Counted from the first letter of the stretch, positions 26,939 to 36,588 are shown. The stretch is DNA of 64,000 nt from an uncultured Actinomycetes bacterium (GCA_963847665.1 CAWKAO010000003.1:638309-702308), one strand, 5' to 3'. Translations and numbers: made by a program. Notes: generated from the sequence alone by a model not told the origin.

Positions 26939-26961
26939 TCATAAAGCAAAAGGACTTTAAA

Positions 26962-28056
26962 ATGAATAAAAAGTCATTTAAATTATTAATAATCAACCCG
27001 GGTTCCACCGGTATAAAGGTCTCTATCTTTGATAATGAAAATGAAATAACCTCTTCAAAGATCAGTTGCGATTATTCTGAAGCACAAAAAGGTGATAAAA
27101 AGGTATTAACCGATGTTGCAGCAGATATCGTGAAATGGCTGAAAGATAATCAGTATTCCTGCGACAGAATAGATGCAATAGTAAGCAGGGCTGGTCTGCT
27201 CTGTCCAATTCCAAGTGGCGTTTATATGATCGATGAAGACGTAGTCAAAGACCTTAACAAAAATACCATGGGCTGGCATGCATCAAATATGGGACCGTTG
27301 ATCTCTAATATTATCGCAGAACAAAATGGTCTAAAGGCTTATTTGATGGATCCTGTTACAGTGGATGAGTTGAAACCAGTCGCCAGATTAACAGGCCTGC
27401 CTGGTGTAAAACGTAAAAGTATTTTTCATGCGCTCAATCAGAAAGCTGTTGCACGAAGGGCCTGTAAAGATAGAGGGATAGATTACGAGGATGTAAATCT
27501 AATAGTCGCTCATCTGGGCAGTGGCATAACGGTCGGGGCACACGAAAAGGGAAAAGTTGTTGATGTGAATAATGGCCTGAATGGCGAGGGTCCGTTTTCT
27601 ACCGAGCGATGTAATGATATCCCAAATTGTGACTTAATAGACCTGTGTTTTTCCGGTAAATACAACCGGGAACAGGTCCTCTCTTTTATCAGCAGTGAGG
27701 GCGGTCTTTATGCTTACTTCCAAACAAAAGATGAAGCAAAGATCAGAGAATTGGCCGATGAAGGCGATGAATTAGCGCAAAATGTATTATCGGCACTTGC
27801 TTATCAGGTGAGCAAGGAGATATGTAAAAATGCTGCAGTCTTAAAAGGCAATATCGATGCAATAATCCTGACCGGTGGATTAGCACGTGACCGGCAATTG
27901 ATAGATGATATTTCTGAAAGGGTAAAGTTTTTAGCGCCGATATGGAAATATCCGGGTGAAGAAGAAATGCTTGCACTCTGTGAAGGTGGGTTGTCTGTTT
28001 TGCGGGGAGAAAGAGAGGCATTTAAATATGCAGATCATAAAAATAAAAAGATCTAA
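26962..28056 (+). CDS. buk: butyrate kinase
   Basis: MNKKSFKLLIINPGSTGIK is the acetate/butyrate-kinase N-terminal phosphate motif. 364 aa from ATG 26962; the ORF track offers 26935, overlapping the upstream stop. No ptb gene is adjacent. Confidence 0.85.
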   Translation: MNKKSFKLLIINPGSTGIKVSIFDNENEITSSKISCDYSEAQKGDKKVLTDVAADIVKWLKDNQYSCDRIDAIVSRAGLLCPIPSGVYMIDEDVVKDLNKNTMGWHASNMGPLISNIIAEQNGLKAYLMDPVTVDELKPVARLTGLPGVKRKSIFHALNQKAVARRACKDRGIDYEDVNLIVAHLGSGITVGAHEKGKVVDVNNGLNGEGPFSTERCNDIPNCDLIDLCFSGKYNREQVLSFISSEGGLYAYFQTKDEAKIRELADEGDELAQNVLSALAYQVSKEICKNAAVLKGNIDAIILTGGLARDRQLIDDISERVKFLAPIWKYPGEEEMLALCEGGLSVLRGEREAFKYADHKNKKI

Positions 28057-28351
28057 AGAGCTTTGAGAACTGTTATTTCAGAAATCTTTTCTTGAATATA
28101 TAAACACTGAGGCTTTAAACGAAACAAATAAAATGACCGCCAATACACCTGAAACCAGCACGGATGCCAGAGTCACTCCAATAAAGAAAAACTATATGAA
28201 AAGGGCATCGGACTCATCGATAGTATTATTATAATCCCCTCGATTAAAAATGATCTCAGGATATGGGCACTTGATAAAAAATTGAGAAATATATTAGATC
28301 CAGAAAACATTTACAATTACTGAATCTCTTCAAAGTCATCATTGAAAGAAG

Positions 28352-28386
28352 ATGATACTTCTATTATTATTAAAAAGAAGTATCAT
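28352..28386 (+). promoter_or_regulatory. 11-bp inverted repeat 36 nt upstream of pspA
   Basis: ATGATACTTCT (28352-28362) and AGAAGTATCAT (28376-28386) are exact reverse complements around a 13-nt A/T loop. Confidence 0.35.
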
Positions 28387-28422
28387 TAAAAATATAATTT
28401 TAATAATGGAAAGGAAAACATA

Positions 28423-29091
28423 ATGGCAATTTTTGCAAGATTAGCCGATCTTCTGAAAGCAAACATCAATGACCTCATAGATAAGGCAGAAGACCCCGAA
28501 AAGATGGTCAAACAGATCATAATCGATATGGAGGAGCAACTACAGAAAGCTATCCAGGGTGTAGGATCAGTAATGGCTACTGAGCGCCAGGTAAAAAAAC
28601 AATTGGAGGAAGCTGAAAATGATTCAAAGTTATGGGAAGGCCGGGCAAGAGAGGCACTTAAATCTTCAAATGAAGAGATGGCAAAACAGGCAGTGGATAA
28701 TAAACTGAAAGCTGATGAGAAGATAAAACAATACCGGAAAATGCATGAGGAAATATCTGTCCAGTTAAACACTTTGAAGGGACATGTCTCGATTTTGAAG
28801 GATAAGCTTCTCGAAGCAAGAAGTCGTCAGTCCATGCTTATAGCCAGGGATAAAGTCGCAGATGCAAGAAAACAGGTATCGGACGCTGTCGGTGATCTTG
28901 ACAGTTCCGGCGCATTTGCAAAGATGGATAAGATGGAACGCAAAATAGCAGAAAAAGAAGCTCAGGCAGATGCAGTTTATGAGATATCTGGAATAGATGA
29001 AGAACAAAACGACCCATTTGCTGAGGCCGAAAGGGAAAAAGCAGCCGAAGATGAACTGGCACGTTTGAAAGACGAATTATCCAAAGAATAG
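28423..29091 (+). CDS. pspA: PspA/IM30 family protein
   Basis: MAIFARLADLLKANINDLIDKAEDPEKMVKQII is the hallmark PspA N-terminus. 222-aa coiled-coil protein. Confidence 0.9.
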   Translation: MAIFARLADLLKANINDLIDKAEDPEKMVKQIIIDMEEQLQKAIQGVGSVMATERQVKKQLEEAENDSKLWEGRAREALKSSNEEMAKQAVDNKLKADEKIKQYRKMHEEISVQLNTLKGHVSILKDKLLEARSRQSMLIARDKVADARKQVSDAVGDLDSSGAFAKMDKMERKIAEKEAQADAVYEISGIDEEQNDPFAEAEREKAAEDELARLKDELSKE

Positions 29092-29110
29092 AAAAAGGAA
29101 GGGGCGCGGA

Positions 29111-29902
29111 ATGATACAATATATTATTGGTGGAGTGATGGTCGCTGCTGGTGTTTTTGTAAGCCTCTTTATTCCATGGAAAATAAAAAACAGGATAATA
29201 GAGATCAAGTATTTAAAAACGACACCTATATCAGAGTTGCGGGGCATCTTAAATGACAGTTCTGCGGCCGGCTTGGGCAGTTACAGGCATTATGTCGAGA
29301 TAAATGGTTCAGCTGGTTCCGATACACCACAGAAAGCACCTTATTCACAACGGGTTGTTGCTTATTTCGATGCAAAGCTTTACCAGGTATTTGAAGAGAC
29401 AGAGACTTACAGGGACAGCAGTGGAAATACTCATACCCGTATGAAAAAAAGCGAGACACTTCTTTCAGAGCAGAAAAGTTCCGGCCTTGTCACGATCAAT
29501 GAACCACAATCTGGTGAAAAAGTATATTGTGATATATCGCAGAAAGGTCTTCGGCTTGAGACTTTAAAGACTCTGGATAAATTTGAACCTTCAGCTAATT
29601 TAAACCAGAATAGTTTTTTTGCTAATTTCAGTTTTAAGCCGATGGGTGCAAGGACTCTTGGGATGAGGATGGTAGAAAATACGATACCACTAGGACGTGC
29701 ACTTTATGCAATAGGCGAAGCCTGGTTAGAAGGCGAAAAGATAATTTTTGGCAAACCAACGGAAAGTAAAAATCCTTTCATTTTATCTGTCAGAAGCGAG
29801 TCTGAAATATTACAGTCAAATAAAAAAGGTTCTACTGTAGCACTGGTGCTTGGAATAATCCTTGCAGTAGCAGGTCTTGCAGTAATGATATTTGTGCGCT
29901 GA
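29111..29902 (+). CDS. membrane protein with N- and C-terminal TM anchors (GIDE-domain-like architecture)
   Basis: 263 aa. TM helices at both ends flank a soluble region of about 200 aa. Starts 19 nt after pspA. The family assignment is tentative. Confidence 0.35.
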   Translation: MIQYIIGGVMVAAGVFVSLFIPWKIKNRIIEIKYLKTTPISELRGILNDSSAAGLGSYRHYVEINGSAGSDTPQKAPYSQRVVAYFDAKLYQVFEETETYRDSSGNTHTRMKKSETLLSEQKSSGLVTINEPQSGEKVYCDISQKGLRLETLKTLDKFEPSANLNQNSFFANFSFKPMGARTLGMRMVENTIPLGRALYAIGEAWLEGEKIIFGKPTESKNPFILSVRSESEILQSNKKGSTVALVLGIILAVAGLAVMIFVR

Positions 29903-29914
29903 TATGATTGCAAT

Positions 29915-31186
29915 ATGATAAGAGAAAACTTAAGAAGTTCAATAATTAAGGATATAGATTCTCGGGACCAGCAATTAATAGACCTGGCAAAAAAGCTTGT
30001 TTTAATAAAAAGTGAAAACCCGCCTGGTGACGAATCTTCTTTAGCAGAATTCATAAAAAATTTTGGACAAAAATGGGGTCTGGGCAGACCAGTAGTCATA
30101 TCCAAGGAGAAAAATAGGCCAAATATCTTTTTTACTCTTGGAAAGAAAAATTCTTCTTCAGAAAAATCTCTTGTTTTAAACGCACATATGGATACCAAAC
30201 CAATTGGCGATAGAGATTGTTGGAATTATGATCCAGAAGATCCTGTAATAAAAGATGGCAGATTATATGGCCGTGGGTCCACAGATATGAAGGGCGCTAT
30301 TGCTGCTATAATTGCAGCCTCCTCTTCCATATTAAGAAAAAAGATACCCTTAAAAGGACAGCTCATCCTTATATTTTCTGCAGACGAGGAAGCAGGAAGT
30401 GCTTTTGGAGCGAGAGTTATTACTGAAAAGGGGCTTGATGCAGACGCCATACTCATTGCAGAACCTTCTGGAATTGAAAAAGATTTTGACAGTCTTGGGA
30501 TCGCGTGCAGGGGTGCATTACTTGGAAAAATAGTAGTCCACGGAACCCAGATGCACAGTAGTATCTCGGATAAAGGAGGATGCATAAATGCCAGTGTAAA
30601 GATGGCGGAAGTCATGATCGAATTTGCAAGAAACTTAAAAAATAAGATAAGTTATGAACCACATTATTTATATCCTGATGGACCGACTGTAAATCCAGGT
30701 GTAACTCTCAAAGGTGGAATATTTTATGGTGTTATACCAGGAGAAGCAAGTTTTGGTTTTGATATAAGGACTATTCCAGGCATGGAACACAGAAAGCTTG
30801 AAAATGAGATCAAAGATTTTTTAAAGGAACTTATGCAAAAAGACTCTGAACTGAAGGCAGAGCTTATTATCGAAAAACCGCCTCTTAATGATCTGCTACC
30901 TGCAGAGATAAATAAAGATCACGAACTTGTTAAAGCATGCGCAGCAGCTGCCAGGGAAGTACTGGGCTTTGAGCCACAACTCATGGGTGTGCCTTTCAGT
31001 ACAGATGCAATATATTATACTAATCAGTTAAAGATACCTACCATCCCTTCATTCGGCCCTGGACTTATTAAGCTGGCGCATTCCCCTGATGAATATATAA
31101 ATATCAAGGCTGTGCTCGATGCTGCAAAAATATTTGCGATAACCGCTTTAAAATACTTAAATCCCGATCTATTAATGGAGGATTAA
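29915..31186 (+). CDS. M20 family metallopeptidase (ArgE/DapE-like)
   Basis: NAHMDTKP, GRGSTDMKGA and SADEEAGS motifs. 423 aa. Confidence 0.75.
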   Translation: MIRENLRSSIIKDIDSRDQQLIDLAKKLVLIKSENPPGDESSLAEFIKNFGQKWGLGRPVVISKEKNRPNIFFTLGKKNSSSEKSLVLNAHMDTKPIGDRDCWNYDPEDPVIKDGRLYGRGSTDMKGAIAAIIAASSSILRKKIPLKGQLILIFSADEEAGSAFGARVITEKGLDADAILIAEPSGIEKDFDSLGIACRGALLGKIVVHGTQMHSSISDKGGCINASVKMAEVMIEFARNLKNKISYEPHYLYPDGPTVNPGVTLKGGIFYGVIPGEASFGFDIRTIPGMEHRKLENEIKDFLKELMQKDSELKAELIIEKPPLNDLLPAEINKDHELVKACAAAAREVLGFEPQLMGVPFSTDAIYYTNQLKIPTIPSFGPGLIKLAHSPDEYINIKAVLDAAKIFAITALKYLNPDLLMED

Positions 31187-32112
31187 TGGAACAGAGCAAT
31201 GAAACAAAATATGCTTTTTTCAATGGTGAAATAATAAATATTGATAAAGCAAACATCAATATCAGGTCCATAATATTACATTATGGCATTGGAGTATTTG
31301 AAGGAATAAGATCTTACTGGAATAAGGAAGAAAATAAAGGGTATCTTTTCAGGATAAGGGAACACTATGAAAGAATGATCAAAAACGCAAAGATAATTGC
31401 AATGGACATCCCATATTCTGCTGAAGAATTGATAAATAAGACTAAGGAACTTTTAACAAGGGAAAATTTCAGGCAGGATACTTATGTACGGCCACTCGCA
31501 TATTATGCTTCTCAAAACATACTAGAAAAACTCCATAGTGACAAGTACGGGTTTTTTATTTTTGCATTTCCTATGTCATCAATATTAAATGACGAGTCCG
31601 GACTATCAGTATGCGTCTCCTCCTGGACCCGGATCAATGATAACATGACAGCACCCAGGGGAAAGATCGTCGGAGCATATGTGAATATATGCCTAGTTAA
31701 TTATGAAGCCAAGATCAACGGTTATGATGATGGAATAATACTTACCCAGAATGGTTTTGTATCTGAGGGTGCAGGCCAGAATGTTGCGATCGTAAGAAAC
31801 AATAAAATAATTGCACCACCAGTATATGATGATATTCTTGAAGGCATTACTCTCGATAGCATAGAAAAGATCGCTAAGGAAGAAATAGGAATAGATGTTC
31901 TGAGAAGATCGATCAACCGGACTGAACTTTATATAGCCGATGAAGTTTTCTATCTTGGGACAGGTGCGCAGGTCACCCCTATAATATCGATAGATAAAAG
32001 AAAGATCGGGACCGGAAGACCGGGTATGATAACAAAAAAACTGCATGAAAAATACTTTGAAATAGTGAGAGGCAAAAACGATAAGTACCGGGAATGGCTT
32101 ACCCCGGTATAG
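31186..32112 (+). CDS. ilvE: branched-chain amino acid aminotransferase (class IV)
   Basis: 308 aa. GIGVFEGIRSYW and the C-terminal GTGAQVTPI pattern are typical of class IV aminotransferases. The start overlaps the upstream stop. Confidence 0.8.
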   Translation: MEQSNETKYAFFNGEIINIDKANINIRSIILHYGIGVFEGIRSYWNKEENKGYLFRIREHYERMIKNAKIIAMDIPYSAEELINKTKELLTRENFRQDTYVRPLAYYASQNILEKLHSDKYGFFIFAFPMSSILNDESGLSVCVSSWTRINDNMTAPRGKIVGAYVNICLVNYEAKINGYDDGIILTQNGFVSEGAGQNVAIVRNNKIIAPPVYDDILEGITLDSIEKIAKEEIGIDVLRRSINRTELYIADEVFYLGTGAQVTPIISIDKRKIGTGRPGMITKKLHEKYFEIVRGKNDKYREWLTPV

Positions 32113-32125
32113 AGAGCAAAAAAGA

Positions 32126-33268
32126 ATGGATTCAAGACAACGTTTGATAAGCGCTTTAAATCACAAGGAACCTGACAGGATCCCGATAGACCTGGGCGGT
32201 GTATCTGTTTCACTTATACATCAAAATGCTCAAAAAAATCTGGCAGAGTATCTTGAAATATCTGATCCTCAGGAAAAGATCCATAATCTGATGACAATGT
32301 GTGTATATACTGATGAGAGAATAAAGCAAAGGTTTCATTCAGATATTGAATTGATCCAACCTGGAAAACCTGATTCCTGGGAACTGACAATCGACCCTGG
32401 AACAGGCAAATGGTCTGATGATTGGGGAGTAGTATATAAGAAACCAGAAAATGTCATGTATTATGAATGGGATTTTCAACCTCTGCAGAATGCGAAAGAT
32501 ATAAGCGATATAGATAAATATATTATGCCTGACCCTTCCGATCCGGGAAGATACCGGGGGACTAAAGAAAAAGTGGAAGATATTTATAATAACACTTCAA
32601 AAGCTATGCTTGTAAATAGCGCTTATGGTATATGGGAACAGACCATGACTATCAGGGGGCTGCAGAACTCACTGATGGATCTGGCAATGAATAAAAAATT
32701 CATCGAATATCTTGCAGAAAAGCTGCTTGATTGGTTGCTTGTCTATTATGATAAAATGCTCAGCCTTGTAGGAGATTTTGTACAGGTAGTAAAAATGGAT
32801 GATGACCTGGGTTTTAAAAACGGACCTCTGATGTCCCCGGAAATCTATAGAAAGATATACAAACCAAGGCATAAGACAATAGTAGATTTTATCAGAAGTA
32901 AGACAGATGCAAAAATATTTATACACTCTGATGGAAGTATTTATGACTTCATTCCTGATTTTATAGACCTTGGGATAGACATAATAAATCCTGTGGAGGT
33001 CACTGCAGCAAATATGGACAGCAGCAGATTAAAAAAAGAATTTGGCAGAGATATAAGTTTTTGGGGCGGTGGATGCGACAATAAGATATTAGAAAAAGGT
33101 ACTCCCGGGCAGATAGAAGCAGAAGTAAAAAAAAGGGTAAGTGATTTTTCTCCAGACGGGGGTTTTGTATTTGGGAGCATACACTGCATCCAGCCTTTTG
33201 TACCACCAGAGAACATAGCAGCGTTGTTTGATTCAGCTTATAAATATGGTTTTTATAAAAGTGATTGA
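32126..33268 (+). CDS. uroporphyrinogen decarboxylase (URO-D) family protein
   Basis: 380 aa. Alignable by eye along the C-terminal half with 1793..2935 (YKP..., H.DG/CGN, DI.NP/DP.Q/EV, F.GG). Confidence 0.65.
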   Translation: MDSRQRLISALNHKEPDRIPIDLGGVSVSLIHQNAQKNLAEYLEISDPQEKIHNLMTMCVYTDERIKQRFHSDIELIQPGKPDSWELTIDPGTGKWSDDWGVVYKKPENVMYYEWDFQPLQNAKDISDIDKYIMPDPSDPGRYRGTKEKVEDIYNNTSKAMLVNSAYGIWEQTMTIRGLQNSLMDLAMNKKFIEYLAEKLLDWLLVYYDKMLSLVGDFVQVVKMDDDLGFKNGPLMSPEIYRKIYKPRHKTIVDFIRSKTDAKIFIHSDGSIYDFIPDFIDLGIDIINPVEVTAANMDSSRLKKEFGRDISFWGGGCDNKILEKGTPGQIEAEVKKRVSDFSPDGGFVFGSIHCIQPFVPPENIAALFDSAYKYGFYKSD

Positions 33269-33288
33269 TCAGGTTTTTTAAATTATAG

Positions 33289-34314
33289 ATGGAGATTTTT
33301 ATGGATTTTAAGATTTCAAAAGAGACTGCACAAAAGCTTTACCGAAAAATGAGGCTTACCAGGAGGTTTGAGGAAAAAGTCATAGAGCTTGTCAATTTAA
33401 ATGAGATATACGGAACCACGCATGAATATGTCGGACAGGAAGCTGTAGCAGCAGGGATCTGTACCGCACTTGTTTCCACAGACTATATAATGAGCACTCA
33501 TAGAGGCCATGGCCATATTATTTCAAAAGGTGGGGATATTAAGTTTATGTTTGCAGAGCTGATGGGAAGGTCTAATGGTTATAACAAAGGTAAGGGTGGC
33601 TCCATGCATATAGCTGAACCAGCTGTCGGAGTACTGGGGGCAAATGGGATCGTAGGTGCCGGACTTCCAATTGCTGCAGGAGCTGCACTTGCTATAAAAC
33701 TGGATAAAAAGCCCCAGATAGTTGTTGTATTTTATGGAGACGGAGCTGCAAATCAGGGCGTGGTGCATGAAGCAATGAATATGGCAGCTATATGGGATCT
33801 TCCAATATTATTTGTATGCGAAAACAATATGTATGCTGTGAGTACTCCATCAAGCTACTCATCAAAGATTTCTGATCTAAGTTTAAGAGCTGCTTCTTAT
33901 GGATTTGAAGGCTTTACAATAGATGGTATGGATGTGATGGAAGTATATGAGACTGCAAAAGGACTGATCGAGAAGATCCGCAATGGGGGTGGTCCTTTTT
34001 TACTTGAATGCAAGACATACCGTTACAGTGGACATTTTACTGCAGAACCGATGCTAGGTTTAAATTACAGGTCCAGCGCAGAGATCGAATACTACAGGTC
34101 AAAAGACCCGATTATAAATTTTTATTCTCAACTTTTAAAAGACAGTATATGTTCAGAACAGGAACTTAAAAAAATAGATTCTGAGATAGATGACCTGATA
34201 TCCGAAGCTATAGAGTTCGCAAGAAAAAGTCCGTTACCAAAACCGGAAGATGCACTAAAAGACATGTATGCATCAGAGATCGCAGGTATTCCTATGAAAG
34301 GATGGCAGAGATGA
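33289..34314 (+). CDS. thiamine-diphosphate-dependent 2-oxoacid dehydrogenase E1 alpha subunit
   Basis: GDGAANQGVVHEAMNMAAIWDLPILFVCENNMYA is the ThDP-binding motif of E1 alpha (acetoin/pyruvate/BCKDH type). Confidence 0.85.
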   Translation: MEIFMDFKISKETAQKLYRKMRLTRRFEEKVIELVNLNEIYGTTHEYVGQEAVAAGICTALVSTDYIMSTHRGHGHIISKGGDIKFMFAELMGRSNGYNKGKGGSMHIAEPAVGVLGANGIVGAGLPIAAGAALAIKLDKKPQIVVVFYGDGAANQGVVHEAMNMAAIWDLPILFVCENNMYAVSTPSSYSSKISDLSLRAASYGFEGFTIDGMDVMEVYETAKGLIEKIRNGGGPFLLECKTYRYSGHFTAEPMLGLNYRSSAEIEYYRSKDPIINFYSQLLKDSICSEQELKKIDSEIDDLISEAIEFARKSPLPKPEDALKDMYASEIAGIPMKGWQR

Positions 34315-35285
34315 GATCACTATGGTATTTAAAAGCAGTTTCTGAAGCATTAAGACAGGAAATGGAAAGAGATCCAAAAATAATAGTCCTGGGGGAAGAT
34401 GTAAGACAGAGCCTGAGAGGGATAACTAAAGGTTTTGTCGATCTGTTTGGAGAAGATAGGGTTATAGATATTCCTATCTCAGAAGCTGCTTTTGTTGGAG
34501 TGGGTACAGGTTCCTCTCTTCTTGGAATGAGGCCTGTACTTGAATTCCAGATAAACGAGTTTGTCTTTTTTGCTTTTGACCAGCTGATCGACCAGGCTCA
34601 GAAGATGAGATATATGTCTGGAGGCAAGCTCAGCGTCCCTGTCACATATATAATAGCAGGTGCAGGTGCTAAGGGCGGAATGGCGGGGCAGCATTCTGAT
34701 AACCCCTATCCTTATCTAATGCATGGAGGAATGAAAACCGTTATTCCCTCCACACCATACGATGCCAAGGGGCTCACAATCTCAGCTATAAGGGACAATG
34801 ATCCTGTTGCAATATTCTTACCCATAAATATCACAGGCTCGAAAGGAGAAGTACCTGAAGAAATATACTCTATACCTCTTGGAAAGGCTGAGATAAAAAA
34901 GGAGGGAACAGACTGTACGGTTGTTGCAACCGGCCACCTGGTAAAAGCTGCTCTTGAAGCTTCAAAATCCCTGGAGGAAAAAAGGGTTTCCATTGAAATA
35001 TATGACCCAAGGACACTCCTGCCTTTAGATAAATATCTTTTGGCCAGATCAATTAAGAAAACTGGCCGACTTGTGATCTTTGATGACTCTAACAGGACAT
35101 GCGGGTTTGCTGCTGAAGTTAGCGCTGTAGTAGCCGAGGAATGTTTTGATAGCCTTAAAGCACCGATAAAAAGGATTACAAGGGCAGATGTACCTGTTCC
35201 CTTCAGCAGGGTTATGGAACCTTATGTCTTGCCGGACACAGAAAAACTGGTAGAAACAGTACTGGGGATGTTTGATAAGAATTGA
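34302..35285 (+). CDS. 2-oxoacid dehydrogenase E1 beta subunit
   Basis: 327 aa, typical E1 beta blocks (LGEDV, DIPISEAAFVG, the EFQ region). Overlaps the E1 alpha gene by 13 nt. Confidence 0.85.
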   Translation: MAEMRSLWYLKAVSEALRQEMERDPKIIVLGEDVRQSLRGITKGFVDLFGEDRVIDIPISEAAFVGVGTGSSLLGMRPVLEFQINEFVFFAFDQLIDQAQKMRYMSGGKLSVPVTYIIAGAGAKGGMAGQHSDNPYPYLMHGGMKTVIPSTPYDAKGLTISAIRDNDPVAIFLPINITGSKGEVPEEIYSIPLGKAEIKKEGTDCTVVATGHLVKAALEASKSLEEKRVSIEIYDPRTLLPLDKYLLARSIKKTGRLVIFDDSNRTCGFAAEVSAVVAEECFDSLKAPIKRITRADVPVPFSRVMEPYVLPDTEKLVETVLGMFDKN

Positions 35286-35368
35286 CGATCAGTAGAAAAG
35301 AACTCTAAAAGTCATTTACAATATACAATAGTCGTTTTACTAATATTGAGCTTTTTAAGGAGTGAAAA

Positions 35369-35599
35369 TTGCCGGAAATAATAATACCAAAAGTCGGAAT
35401 GGGAATAACAGAAGTAGAGATCACCGGGTGGAAAGTCAGGGTCGGGGACAGGATAAGTATAGGGACGCCCCTTCTTGAGATTAGTACTGAAAAAGCTTCT
35501 GCAGAAATAGAGTCAGAATATAGCGGGACTGTAAAAGAGCTTTTATATGAAGAAGGAGAGATGGTCGAGGTCGGTACAGTAATATGCATTTTAGAATAA
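35369..35599 (+). CDS. stand-alone lipoyl-attachment domain protein (no E2 catalytic core)
   Basis: 76 aa, TTG start after AAGGAG. ISTEKASAEIES corresponds to the lipoyl-Lys motif (E/T-D/E-K-A). The ORF stops right after the lipoyl domain. Confidence 0.7.
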   Translation: MPEIIIPKVGMGITEVEITGWKVRVGDRISIGTPLLEISTEKASAEIESEYSGTVKELLYEEGEMVEVGTVICILE

Positions 35600-35665
35600 T
35601 ACTTAAAATAATATTAGAAATCGAACATTAAGACTTTAACCAGAAGACACCTGGGGGAGACCAAA

Positions 35666-36412
35666 ATGAAAATAAATGAAGATATCTTTCTTATAGGAAG
35701 CGGGCAGTTTGCAGTATCATCATCACTTGATTGTCATATTTATCTGATCAGGGATGGAAGAGAAAATATCATAATAGATACTGGCGCAGGAAAGTTTGAA
35801 AAAGATGTAGATGTGATCATTAAAAATATTGAGGATCTTGGCATCAGCACAACCGAAAAATTCAACCTGTTGTTGACACATGGTCATTCTGATCATTCAG
35901 GCGGCGGCAGCTTTTTTAAAGAAAAGCTTAATTGTAAGATCTTTGCAAATTCGACAACAGCCGGATTTGTAGGCAGGGGCAACGAGAGTGAACTTGGTCT
36001 TGATTATGCAAAAAGAAACGGCTTTTATGGAGATGATTACATATTCCATACATATAAAGTTGATAATATTTTAAAAGATGGTCAGTCCTTAAAAATAGGG
36101 AATATAAATATCAGATGTATCCTTACTCCCGGTCACAGTACGGATTCGATGTGTTACCTTATAGAGAAAAATAATATAAGGATGCTTTTTACGGGAGATG
36201 TGGTAAATCATGGCGGCAAATTCATTCTTCTAAACTGCTTTGGATTTGATCTCAAAGATTACAGGGAGAATATAATTAAACTAAAAGACCTTGAAATAGA
36301 CATGCTATTCCCGGGTCATGGAGTCTTCACATTAAGCGGTGGACAGAGTCATATAGACATACTCATAGACGCTTTTGATAAACTTATTATAAACAGCAGC
36401 CTGATAATATAA
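35666..36412 (+). CDS. MBL-fold metallo-hydrolase
   Basis: THGHSDHSGG (HxHxDH motif) and later PGHS and PGHG His residues. Confidence 0.8.
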   Translation: MKINEDIFLIGSGQFAVSSSLDCHIYLIRDGRENIIIDTGAGKFEKDVDVIIKNIEDLGISTTEKFNLLLTHGHSDHSGGGSFFKEKLNCKIFANSTTAGFVGRGNESELGLDYAKRNGFYGDDYIFHTYKVDNILKDGQSLKIGNINIRCILTPGHSTDSMCYLIEKNNIRMLFTGDVVNHGGKFILLNCFGFDLKDYRENIIKLKDLEIDMLFPGHGVFTLSGGQSHIDILIDAFDKLIINSSLII

Positions 36413-36415
36413 TAA

Positions 36416-36492
36416 TGGTGGGCGATATTGGATTCGAACCAATGACCTCTGCGATGTCGACGCAGCGCTCTAACCAGCTGAGCTAACCGCCC
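36416..36492 (-). tRNA. tRNA-Val (anticodon GAC), encoded CCA, unusual C33
   Basis: Manual cloverleaf on the reverse complement: acceptor GGGCGGU/AUCGCCC, D arm GCUC/GAGC, anticodon stem CUGCG/CGCAG, loop UCGACAU, T arm AUUGG-UUCGAAU-CCAAU, then ACCA. Confidence 0.8.
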
Positions 36493-36588
36493 ACTATTCA
36501 AACATAATAAAAGAACTTCATATTTTGGCTGTTATTAATAATAAAAAAACCAACCAGGATAAATATATTACCAGAATTGTCTTATAAT

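Noticed and set aside
28078-28176. 32-codon hydrophobic ORF on the minus strand (MTLASVLVSGVLAVILFVSFKASVFIYSRKDF) in the 366-nt buk-pspA gap. It is reminiscent of a type I toxin or small membrane peptide.
   Set aside because: The only start is a GTG directly abutting GGAG (no spacer), with an in-frame TAG five codons upstream. There is no evidence for an antisense RNA. It may be a remnant of a decayed gene tail, and is too weak to call.
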